Assembly: GCA_965248195.1 (NCBI GenBank)
Contig: CBDFIQ010000001.1
Span: 896,001-960,000 of the forward strand
DNA length: 64,000 bases
Reading direction: 5' to 3'
Source of the DNA: Longimicrobiales bacterium
GTDB taxonomy: Bacteria; Gemmatimonadota; Gemmatimonadetes; Longimicrobiales; Gaopeijiaceae
Shown here: one piece after another, positions 29,732 to 37,683 of the stretch
Position numbering within the stretch: position 1 is the stretch's first letter
Layout of the letters: each line of letters starts with the position of its first letter
The notes under the pieces: model-generated
What the model saw: only the letters and a program-made list of their open reading frames with translations
Told to the model about the DNA's origin: nothing
Databases searched by the model: none
Program-made: the position numbers and the translations under genes

Positions 29732-32356
29732 TTAGAAGTTGTATACGACGCGTAGGTACGTCATTCCACCGTGATAGCTGATCGGCGACCGGCGCGGGTA
29801 AGGCATGCCCTGTGACAAGCGCGTCGCGATCTCGTCGGGGAAATTGTTGAAGAGGTTGTTGGCTCCGCCGACCACGCTGAAATTCTCGTCGATCTGGTAG
29901 CTGAGCTCCGCGTCGATCAGAACCTCGGCGCCAACCACCTCTTGCTCGCCGCGTTCGTCAATGGTTCCGCTGTAGTAGTTGCCCCGGAGCGTCGCAGAGA
30001 ATTGCTCGCCGAACCCTTCGGTCACCGAAAGCGTGGCCCGGTGCTTGGCCAGATTGTTCTCGATGTTGAAAATCAGGCTGGCAGACACGGGGTCCACGCC
30101 ACCCACCTGCCGTTGTGTGAGAACTGTCGTCTCGTTGTAGTTGTACGCCAGACTGACGTCCGTCCTGTTGCCATCGCCCCATAACGTGTTGTAGACCCCG
30201 ACGACATCCAAACCGTCGGTCCTGGTATCGAGCGCGTTCGTGTAGAACGCGACCTCCGAGAACTCGGGATTTCCCGCCACAGGAAGCGATCGGGACTTGA
30301 TGATCCGGCTGTCGACGTCGATACGGTACGCATCGACGGTCACACTGAAGGCGCGGGTGGGCCGGGCGGTGACACCAAAGGTGACATTGACCGCGTCTTC
30401 CGGTTCCAGCGCCTGACCACCCAGGGAAACGGCGAGCGCGCTGGTCGGACGCACGGTGCCTTCCTGAACCTGCATGCCGGTCACCCCATCGAACGACGTG
30501 ACAATGCCCGTGAAATTCGACTGGCCGGGGGTCGGCGCGCGGAAGCCCGTGTTGACCCCGCCACGTAATGCGAATTCGTCCGAGGGCGAGTAGCGCGCCG
30601 CCACTTTACCGTTGTAGGTCGTGCCGAAATCGGAGAAGTCTTCAAAACGGCCGGCGACTTGCAGAAGGAACTCCTCAGTGAGGTCAAATTCGACCTCGGC
30701 GTAGGCGGCATAATTTTGGCGGTCGAAGATACCAGCGGCGTCCGGATTCGTGCCGGGCATGCCGTTGGCTGCCAGGCCCGGAGCCCCGTAGGCCATCCCG
30801 GTTACCGGATCCGTGAGTAGGGCTACGTCGGCCCATGGACCGGCCAACCACGCTTCCTTCTGCCCGAGGAACATCTGGTACACCTCTTCACGCCACTCAA
30901 AACCCCAAGCCAGATTGACGACCTCGGAGGCCAGGTAGGAGAAATCCGCGTTGAGGTTGGTTTCCTCTTGCCTCAGGTCACCAATATTGAAATTGAATGG
31001 GGAGTTGGGCCCCCAGGAGAGGTTCAGCGTCCCGAGGAGCGTGTATACGATCTTGTTATTCCCGTGGCTCACGCTCAGGTCGTAACCGAGGCCGCTGTCG
31101 AATTCGCCCCTGAGACCGAGCACTCCACTGAAATCCTGAGCGTCTCCTTCGAGACGCGGCGTAAATCCTGCCGGGAACTGATCGCACCAGCAAAAATTCC
31201 CTTGGGACGGATCCGCGGGGTTCAAGGGGATCGGCGTCAGGGCACCCTCCCGGCCCGGCGGGCGGAAGAAGAAGCTGTAGTTGCCATAGGTGTCGGCGAA
31301 ATTACCAAAGCTATAGGCTTCAGCTACATCGCTCAGCGTCAATCCGGCATTCCAAATCCCCCGAAAACCGCTGCTCTTGGGACGCCCCCAATTCATGGCA
31401 GGATTCTGGACATCGGGAACACCGATAGCGTCGGCATGCTGAACACCGCGGGAGAGCTCGGGACTGTCGGAAAACTCGGCGCTCAGGTTGAGGAAGCCGT
31501 TTTCGGTGAGCGGCAAGCCTACGTTGCCGGCGATGTTCGTATCGTTTTCGCCTTCGTACCACTGACCGGTCTGGGCCTGCAGCTGAACGCCCTCGGATGC
31601 GTCCTTCAAGATGAAGTTCATCACCCCGGCAATCGCATCCGACCCGTACTGGGCCGCGGCGCCATCACGCAAAACCTCCAGCCGCTGCAACGCGATACTG
31701 GGGATCATGCCGACATCGACGGCGTGGGCACCCACGTTCATCGCCGCACCGAAGTGCGAGATCAACGCGGACCGATGGCGGCGCTTCGAGTTCACGAGGA
31801 CCAGGATATCGTCCGGCGGGAGGCCGCGTAGCGATGTGGGCCGCACGAATGCGGCGCCGTCACCCGTCAACGGGGTGGCGGTGTAGGACGGCACCAGGTT
31901 CTTCAACGTCTCGGTCAGATCACCGTTGCCTTGACGCGCCAACTGCATGGCCGGGAGTACATCGATCGGCGTGGGAGATCTCAACACCGAGCGGGGCGCG
32001 GCCCGCGTACCGGTCACCACGATGGCGTCGACCATCAACGCCGACGCTTCGAGTTGGAAGTTGACGGTCACGGTCTGTCCCGCAGCCACCGTGACAACCT
32101 GCGTCGCGGGCCCATACCCGATGAGTTGTGCCTCAAGCACATGGGTACCGGCAGGCACGTTGGTAACGGTGAAACCGCCGTTCGCGGCCGAGAGCGTACC
32201 TACAGAAGCGGCCGGGATCGAAACGGTTGCACCCTGCAGCCCCTGCCCATTGATGTCCGTCACCGTTCCGCCGATGGTGCCGTTCTGAGCAAGAAGGATT
32301 GCCGGGACTGCAAAGAGTACGAAAGCAAGTGTGACAGAAGCACGTAAGAGTTTCAT
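29732..32356 (-). CDS. TonB-dependent receptor with N-terminal carboxypeptidase-regulatory-like domain
   Basis: Signal peptide, IVVTGTR TonB box, LRGL/EVLRDGAAAQYGSDAIAGV plug, C-terminal Phe. Confidence 0.95.
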   Translation of the reverse strand: MKLLRASVTLAFVLFAVPAILLAQNGTIGGTVTDINGQGLQGATVSIPAASVGTLSAANGGFTVTNVPAGTHVLEAQLIGYGPATQVVTVAAGQTVTVNFQLEASALMVDAIVVTGTRAAPRSVLRSPTPIDVLPAMQLARQGNGDLTETLKNLVPSYTATPLTGDGAAFVRPTSLRGLPPDDILVLVNSKRRHRSALISHFGAAMNVGAHAVDVGMIPSIALQRLEVLRDGAAAQYGSDAIAGVMNFILKDASEGVQLQAQTGQWYEGENDTNIAGNVGLPLTENGFLNLSAEFSDSPELSRGVQHADAIGVPDVQNPAMNWGRPKSSGFRGIWNAGLTLSDVAEAYSFGNFADTYGNYSFFFRPPGREGALTPIPLNPADPSQGNFCWCDQFPAGFTPRLEGDAQDFSGVLGLRGEFDSGLGYDLSVSHGNNKIVYTLLGTLNLSWGPNSPFNFNIGDLRQEETNLNADFSYLASEVVNLAWGFEWREEVYQMFLGQKEAWLAGPWADVALLTDPVTGMAYGAPGLAANGMPGTNPDAAGIFDRQNYAAYAEVEFDLTEEFLLQVAGRFEDFSDFGTTYNGKVAARYSPSDEFALRGGVNTGFRAPTPGQSNFTGIVTSFDGVTGMQVQEGTVRPTSALAVSLGGQALEPEDAVNVTFGVTARPTRAFSVTVDAYRIDVDSRIIKSRSLPVAGNPEFSEVAFYTNALDTRTDGLDVVGVYNTLWGDGNRTDVSLAYNYNETTVLTQRQVGGVDPVSASLIFNIENNLAKHRATLSVTEGFGEQFSATLRGNYYSGTIDERGEQEVVGAEVLIDAELSYQIDENFSVVGGANNLFNNFPDEIATRLSQGMPYPRRSPISYHGGMTYLRVVYNF

Positions 32357-32404
32357 TGCGTTACCCTCCTAGAAGGAAATGTGAGGCTGAAAGAGGGAAA
32401 TGCA

Positions 32405-32424
32405 CCCCACCCCACCCCCACCCC
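32405..32424 (-). other. Potential G-quadruplex G4-T-G5-T-G4-T-G4 in the TonB receptor leader
   Basis: Plus strand ccccaccccacccccacccc. Confidence 0.5.
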
Positions 32425-32634
32425 GTGGCGCAAATTTACACAGGGCAGTCAAGCTCCCGCAAGACATTGTCAGTCCGGACCCGACCCTAATCGCACGCAG
32501 CCCCTGAGCGTAGGCCGCGAGTCCGAAACGAATTCCGATCGTGTCACTCCGGCTCGCAGCCCGCCGCTATAGATGTGCTAGAAAACCATTCAAGCGGAAC
32601 CTGTCAACGACAATGGGACACTCTACGGGATTAA

Positions 32635-33642
32635 TTAGAGAGCAATATCCTGTGTGGTGAGGGAAGGGATGGGAGGATTGATGTAGACGGCCTCCGGGAG
32701 CGGTTTGGGCTTCGGCACACCTGTGACGAAGCGTTCGGGATGAGCGGCCCATGCTTCGCGGAGCACGGATTTCCTGCCGGCAATGACCTGATCGGCGTTC
32801 CCGAAGTGGACCTGCTCGGGGGTTAGCATCGAGATACCGCCATGGCGGTGCTCGGCATTGTACCAGCGGAAGAACGATCGACACAACGTCTTGGCCTGGC
32901 CCTGATCCCCGAACCGCCCGGGAAACGAGGGATGGTACTTCAAGGTTTTGAACTGAGCCTCGGAAAACGGGTTGTCATCCGACACCTGAGGCCGGCTCAA
33001 CGAGCGAGTCACGCCGAGGTCAGCGAGAAGTTGAGCGGTGCATTGGCTCGTCATTGGAGCTCCCCGATCCGAGTGCAGGGTCAGGACCCGGGGCTGGACG
33101 CCATGCTTCAGGCAGCTCTGCTGGATCAACCGGCCGGCCAGGGCCGAGTTCTCCCGGTCCGCCACCATCCAGCCCACGACGTAGCGGCTGTAGATGTCCA
33201 TGATGACGTAGAGGTAGTAATAGCTCCACTTCTTCGGCCCGAGTAGCCGCGTGATATCCCAGGACCACACCTGGTTCGGCGCCGTGGCCATCAACTCGGG
33301 CTTCTTGTACTCGGGATGGGTGCGCTGCGCCCGGCGTTCCTGAACCGGCACCTCGGAGGCCAGAACACGATACATCGTGCGTTCGCTGCACAGGTAGACC
33401 TCTTCGTCGAGCAGCGTGGCCACCACCTCGGCGGGTGAGCGGTCCACGAACCGCTCCGAACACAGCGTGTCGAAGACCTCGCCTCGTTCCGTCTCGCTCA
33501 ATGCCCGGGCGGGCGTCGGGCGGGGCTGCCGTTGCCCGGTCGATGGGCCTCGACGACGGTAGAACGTCGATCGGGAGACCTCGAGAGCCGCGCACGCCGG
33601 TTTTACACCGACGTGCTTAGCCAGCTCATCGGCCGCCTTCAA
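32635..33642 (-). CDS. IS3-family transposase OrfB (DDE/rve)
   Basis: WSWDIT, HSDRG, DNPFSEAQFKTLK. Confidence 0.95.
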   Translation of the reverse strand: MKAADELAKHVGVKPACAALEVSRSTFYRRRGPSTGQRQPRPTPARALSETERGEVFDTLCSERFVDRSPAEVVATLLDEEVYLCSERTMYRVLASEVPVQERRAQRTHPEYKKPELMATAPNQVWSWDITRLLGPKKWSYYYLYVIMDIYSRYVVGWMVADRENSALAGRLIQQSCLKHGVQPRVLTLHSDRGAPMTSQCTAQLLADLGVTRSLSRPQVSDDNPFSEAQFKTLKYHPSFPGRFGDQGQAKTLCRSFFRWYNAEHRHGGISMLTPEQVHFGNADQVIAGRKSVLREAWAAHPERFVTGVPKPKPLPEAVYINPPIPSLTTQDIAL

Positions 33643-34088
33643 GAGTTCGTCCCGTCGTCGAGGCTTATCCCCAGCAGCCCCGCAACTTTTCCCTGCACGT
33701 CGATGATCAGGTGTGCCTTCCTGAGCTCATTCTCGAGCCGTGCGTTTTGCCGCTCCAGCTTGCGTACCTTCTCATCCAGCGGATTCCGCTCCGGCTTGCG
33801 GCCGCGTTTCTTCGACAGGGCCTTCAGCGACCCGCTATGCGCCGCCTTGCGCCACGTCGTCAGGTGCGACGAGTACAGGCCCTCGCGCCGCAGGAGCTGA
33901 CCCACCTCGCCGGGCTCGGTGCACCGGTCCGCTTCTTCGACGATCCGCAGCTTGTACGATGGACTGAACCGCCGGCGTAGCGGCCTATCTACTACCTCCG
34001 GGTCCGCAGGAGCTGCCGCGCTTCGCTTGGCCTCCCCGATTCCAGGGGCACTACCATTCTCTTCCATTCTCTCTCGCAGTCCCAACAT
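33639..34088 (-). CDS. IS3-family OrfA (HTH + coiled coil)
   Basis: RRRFSPSYKLRIV...LYSSHLTTWRK; leucine-zipper-like tail; in-phase slippery G_GGA_AAA at 33687-33693. Confidence 0.9.
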   Translation of the reverse strand: MLGLRERMEENGSAPGIGEAKRSAAAPADPEVVDRPLRRRFSPSYKLRIVEEADRCTEPGEVGQLLRREGLYSSHLTTWRKAAHSGSLKALSKKRGRKPERNPLDEKVRKLERQNARLENELRKAHLIIDVQGKVAGLLGISLDDGTNS

Positions 34089-34161
34089 GTTCGTTTTCTC
34101 TGCCTTCGCCCTACTCTAATTCTTTGCGTGCTCCGTGTCTCACGTACGTTGGCAGAGAGGG

Positions 34162-34181
34162 GAATCGCAGAGACGTTAGGC
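34162..34181 (+). other. Possible right half of an integron attC site ending in GTTAGGC
   Basis: gaatcgcagagacGTTAGGC matches the GTTRRRY core and is followed by a cassette-like orphan ORF; no left half found. Confidence 0.35.
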
Positions 34182-34284
34182 TGATGTCTTCAGGCCTAGT
34201 GTTGACGTAGCACGCGATGGATGGAATTCTAGGTTGTCCCGAACCGGAACCTGTCAACGACAATGGGACACTCTACGGGATTAA

Positions 34285-35292
34285 TTAGAGAGCAATATCC
34301 TGTGTGGTGAGGGAAGGGATGGGAGGATTGATGTAGACGGCCTCCGGGAGCGGTTTGGGCTTCGGCACACCTGTGACGAAGCGTTCGGGATGAGCGGCCC
34401 ATGCTTCGCGGAGCACGGATTTCCTGCCGGCAATGACCTGATCGGCGTTCCCGAAGTGGACCTGCTCGGGGGTTAGCATCGAGATACCGCCATGGCGGTG
34501 CTCGGCATTGTACCAGCGGAAGAACGATCGACACAACGTCTTGGCCTGGCCCTGATCCCCGAACCGCCCGGGAAACGAGGGATGGTACTTCAAGGTTTTG
34601 AACTGAGCCTCGGAAAACGGGTTGTCATCCGACACCTGAGGCCGGCTCAACGAGCGAGTCACGCCGAGGTCAGCGAGAAGTTGAGCGGTGCATTGGCTCG
34701 TCATTGGAGCTCCCCGATCCGAGTGCAGGGTCAGGACCCGGGGCTGGACGCCATGCTTCAGGCAGCTCTGCTGGATCAACCGGCCGGCCAGGGCCGAGTT
34801 CTCCCGGTCCGCCACCATCCAGCCCACGACGTAGCGGCTGTAGATGTCCATGATGACGTAGAGGTAGTAATAGCTCCACTTCTTCGGCCCGAGTAGCCGC
34901 GTGATATCCCAGGACCACACCTGGTTCGGCGCCGTGGCCATCAACTCGGGCTTCTTGTACTCGGGATGGGTGCGCTGCGCCCGGCGTTCCTGAACCGGCA
35001 CCTCGGAGGCCAGAACACGATACATCGTGCGTTCGCTGCACAGGTAGACCTCTTCGTCGAGCAGCGTGGCCACCACCTCGGCGGGTGAGCGGTCCACGAA
35101 CCGCTCCGAACACAGCGTGTCGAAGACCTCGCCTCGTTCCGTCTCGCTCAATGCCCGGGCGGGCGTCGGGCGGGGCTGCCGTTGCCCGGTCGATGGGCCT
35201 CGACGACGGTAGAACGTCGATCGGGAGACCTCGAGAGCCGCGCACGCCGGTTTTACACCGACGTGCTTAGCCAGCTCATCGGCCGCCTTCAA
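34285..35292 (-). CDS. IS3-family transposase OrfB
   Basis: Protein identical to copy 1. Confidence 0.95.
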   Translation of the reverse strand: MKAADELAKHVGVKPACAALEVSRSTFYRRRGPSTGQRQPRPTPARALSETERGEVFDTLCSERFVDRSPAEVVATLLDEEVYLCSERTMYRVLASEVPVQERRAQRTHPEYKKPELMATAPNQVWSWDITRLLGPKKWSYYYLYVIMDIYSRYVVGWMVADRENSALAGRLIQQSCLKHGVQPRVLTLHSDRGAPMTSQCTAQLLADLGVTRSLSRPQVSDDNPFSEAQFKTLKYHPSFPGRFGDQGQAKTLCRSFFRWYNAEHRHGGISMLTPEQVHFGNADQVIAGRKSVLREAWAAHPERFVTGVPKPKPLPEAVYINPPIPSLTTQDIAL

Positions 35293-35738
35293 GAGTTCGT
35301 CCCGTCGTCGAGGCTTATCCCCAGCAGCCCCGCAACTTTTCCCTGCACGTCGATGATCAGGTGTGCCTTCCTGAGCTCATTCTCGAGCCGTGCGTTTTGC
35401 CGCTCCAGCTTGCGTACCTTCTCATCCAGCGGATTCCGCTCCGGCTTGCGGCCGCGTTTCTTCGACAGGGCCTTCAGCGACCCGCTATGCGCCGCCTTGC
35501 GCCACGTCGTCAGGTGCGACGAGTACAGGCCCTCGCGCCGCAGGAGCTGACCCACCTCGCCGGGCTCGGTGCACCGGTCCGCTTCTTCGACGATCCGCAG
35601 CTTGTACGATGGACTGAACCGCCGGCGTAGCGGCCTATCTACTACCTCCGGGTCCGCAGGAGCTGCCGCGCTTCGCTTGGCCTCCCCGATTCCAGGGGCA
35701 CTACCATTCTCTTCCATTCTCTCTCGCAGTCCCAACAT
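35289..35738 (-). CDS. IS3-family OrfA
   Basis: Protein identical to copy 1. Confidence 0.9.
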   Translation of the reverse strand: MLGLRERMEENGSAPGIGEAKRSAAAPADPEVVDRPLRRRFSPSYKLRIVEEADRCTEPGEVGQLLRREGLYSSHLTTWRKAAHSGSLKALSKKRGRKPERNPLDEKVRKLERQNARLENELRKAHLIIDVQGKVAGLLGISLDDGTNS

Positions 35739-35825
35739 GTTCGTTTTCTCTGCCTTCGCCCTACTCTAATTCTTTGCGTGCTCCGTGTCTCACGTACGTT
35801 GGCAGAGAGGGAACCGGAGTGAGCG

Positions 35826-36138
35826 GTGCGCTACAGCGGCAAGTCACTTCTGGTGGTAGCAGCGCTCTTCGCGCTAGCTCTCGTGGCTGCCTGGGTACTC
35901 TACGGGCAGCTTCAATCTGTGGCAGAAGGGACATATGCGGGTTTCAAACTAGGCGGAGCCGTCGCCGTCTTCGTGGTTGTGTTCCTACTGCTCCGAGCCA
36001 CCTACGAACGCACACTGGGGAAGAGCGTCGTAAAGGTCCAAGTGAGCTTTGCAAACGGTCAAGTTCCCCCCGGTGCAGCCGATTCCAAGTGTACCTACTC
36101 GCTCTACAATCGTGATACGCTAGAACAGCTTGACGGCC
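35826..36138 (+). pseudogene. Two-TM hypothetical membrane protein, 3'-truncated by IS copy 3
   Basis: GGAG RBS + GTG; two hydrophobic helices; frame runs into the IS at 36139 and stops inside it. Confidence 0.65.
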
Positions 36139-36178
36139 CGGAACCTGTCAACGACAATGGGACACTCTACGGGATTAA

Positions 36179-37186
36179 TTAGAGAGCAATATCCTGTGTG
36201 GTGAGGGAAGGGATGGGAGGATTGATGTAGACGGCCTCCGGGAGCGGTTTGGGCTTCGGCACACCTGTGACGAAGCGTTCGGGATGAGCGGCCCATGCTT
36301 CGCGGAGCACGGATTTCCTGCCGGCAATGACCTGATCGGCGTTCCCGAAGTGGACCTGCTCGGGGGTTAGCATCGAGATACCGCCATGGCGGTGCTCGGC
36401 ATTGTACCAGCGGAAGAACGATCGACACAACGTCTTGGCCTGGCCCTGATCCCCGAACCGCCCGGGAAACGAGGGATGGTACTTCAAGGTTTTGAACTGA
36501 GCCTCGGAAAACGGGTTGTCATCCGACACCTGAGGCCGGCTCAACGAGCGAGTCACGCCGAGGTCAGCGAGAAGTTGAGCGGTGCATTGGCTCGTCATTG
36601 GAGCTCCCCGATCCGAGTGCAGGGTCAGGACCCGGGGCTGGACGCCATGCTTCAGGCAGCTCTGCTGGATCAACCGGCCGGCCAGGGCCGAGTTCTCCCG
36701 GTCCGCCACCATCCAGCCCACGACGTAGCGGCTGTAGATGTCCATGATGACGTAGAGGTAGTAATAGCTCCACTTCTTCGGCCCGAGTAGCCGCGTGATA
36801 TCCCAGGACCACACCTGGTTCGGCGCCGTGGCCATCAACTCGGGCTTCTTGTACTCGGGATGGGTGCGCTGCGCCCGGCGTTCCTGAACCGGCACCTCGG
36901 AGGCCAGAACACGATACATCGTGCGTTCGCTGCACAGGTAGACCTCTTCGTCGAGCAGCGTGGCCACCACCTCGGCGGGTGAGCGGTCCACGAACCGCTC
37001 CGAACACAGCGTGTCGAAGACCTCGCCTCGTTCCGTCTCGCTCAATGCCCGGGCGGGCGTCGGGCGGGGCTGCCGTTGCCCGGTCGATGGGCCTCGACGA
37101 CGGTAGAACGTCGATCGGGAGACCTCGAGAGCCGCGCACGCCGGTTTTACACCGACGTGCTTAGCCAGCTCATCGGCCGCCTTCAA
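36179..37186 (-). CDS. IS3-family transposase OrfB
   Basis: Protein identical to copy 1. Confidence 0.95.
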   Translation of the reverse strand: MKAADELAKHVGVKPACAALEVSRSTFYRRRGPSTGQRQPRPTPARALSETERGEVFDTLCSERFVDRSPAEVVATLLDEEVYLCSERTMYRVLASEVPVQERRAQRTHPEYKKPELMATAPNQVWSWDITRLLGPKKWSYYYLYVIMDIYSRYVVGWMVADRENSALAGRLIQQSCLKHGVQPRVLTLHSDRGAPMTSQCTAQLLADLGVTRSLSRPQVSDDNPFSEAQFKTLKYHPSFPGRFGDQGQAKTLCRSFFRWYNAEHRHGGISMLTPEQVHFGNADQVIAGRKSVLREAWAAHPERFVTGVPKPKPLPEAVYINPPIPSLTTQDIAL

Positions 37187-37632
37187 GAGTTCGTCCCGTC
37201 GTCGAGGCTTATCCCCAGCAGCCCCGCAACTTTTCCCTGCACGTCGATGATCAGGTGTGCCTTCCTGAGCTCATTCTCGAGCCGTGCGTTTTGCCGCTCC
37301 AGCTTGCGTACCTTCTCATCCAGCGGATTCCGCTCCGGCTTGCGGCCGCGTTTCTTCGACAGGGCCTTCAGCGACCCGCTATGCGCCGCCTTGCGCCACG
37401 TCGTCAGGTGCGACGAGTACAGGCCCTCGCGCCGCAGGAGCTGACCCACCTCGCCGGGCTCGGTGCACCGGTCCGCTTCTTCGACGATCCGCAGCTTGTA
37501 CGATGGACTGAACCGCCGGCGTAGCGGCCTATCTACTACCTCCGGGTCCGCAGGAGCTGCCGCGCTTCGCTTGGCCTCCCCGATTCCAGGGGCACTACCA
37601 TTCTCTTCCATTCTCTCTCGCAGTCCCAACAT
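37183..37632 (-). CDS. IS3-family OrfA
   Basis: Protein identical to copy 1. Confidence 0.9.
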   Translation of the reverse strand: MLGLRERMEENGSAPGIGEAKRSAAAPADPEVVDRPLRRRFSPSYKLRIVEEADRCTEPGEVGQLLRREGLYSSHLTTWRKAAHSGSLKALSKKRGRKPERNPLDEKVRKLERQNARLENELRKAHLIIDVQGKVAGLLGISLDDGTNS

Positions 37633-37683
37633 GTTCGTTTTCTCTGCCTTCGCCCTACTCTAATTCTTTGCGTGCTCCGTGTC

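Larger units (their letters stand above)
32595..34161 (-). mobile_element. IS3-family insertion sequence, copy 1 (1567 bp)
   Basis: Boundaries defined by identity among three copies; IRs TGTCAACGACAATGGGACAC / TGCCAACGTACGTGAGACAC (14 of 20); orfA + orfB. Confidence 0.95.
34245..35811 (-). mobile_element. IS3-family insertion sequence, copy 2, with target duplication AAC
   Basis: Appears identical to copy 1; aac at 34242-34244 and 35812-35814. Confidence 0.95.

Noticed and set aside
32576..32601. attC left arm (attcaagc resembles an L'' box) before IS copy 1
   Set aside because: No RYYYAAC at the required spacing and no complementarity to the 34162-34181 half-site
32560..32607. IS outward TTGACA forming a hybrid promoter for the TonB receptor
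   Set aside because: No acceptable -10 hexamer at 16-18 bp in any of the three flanks
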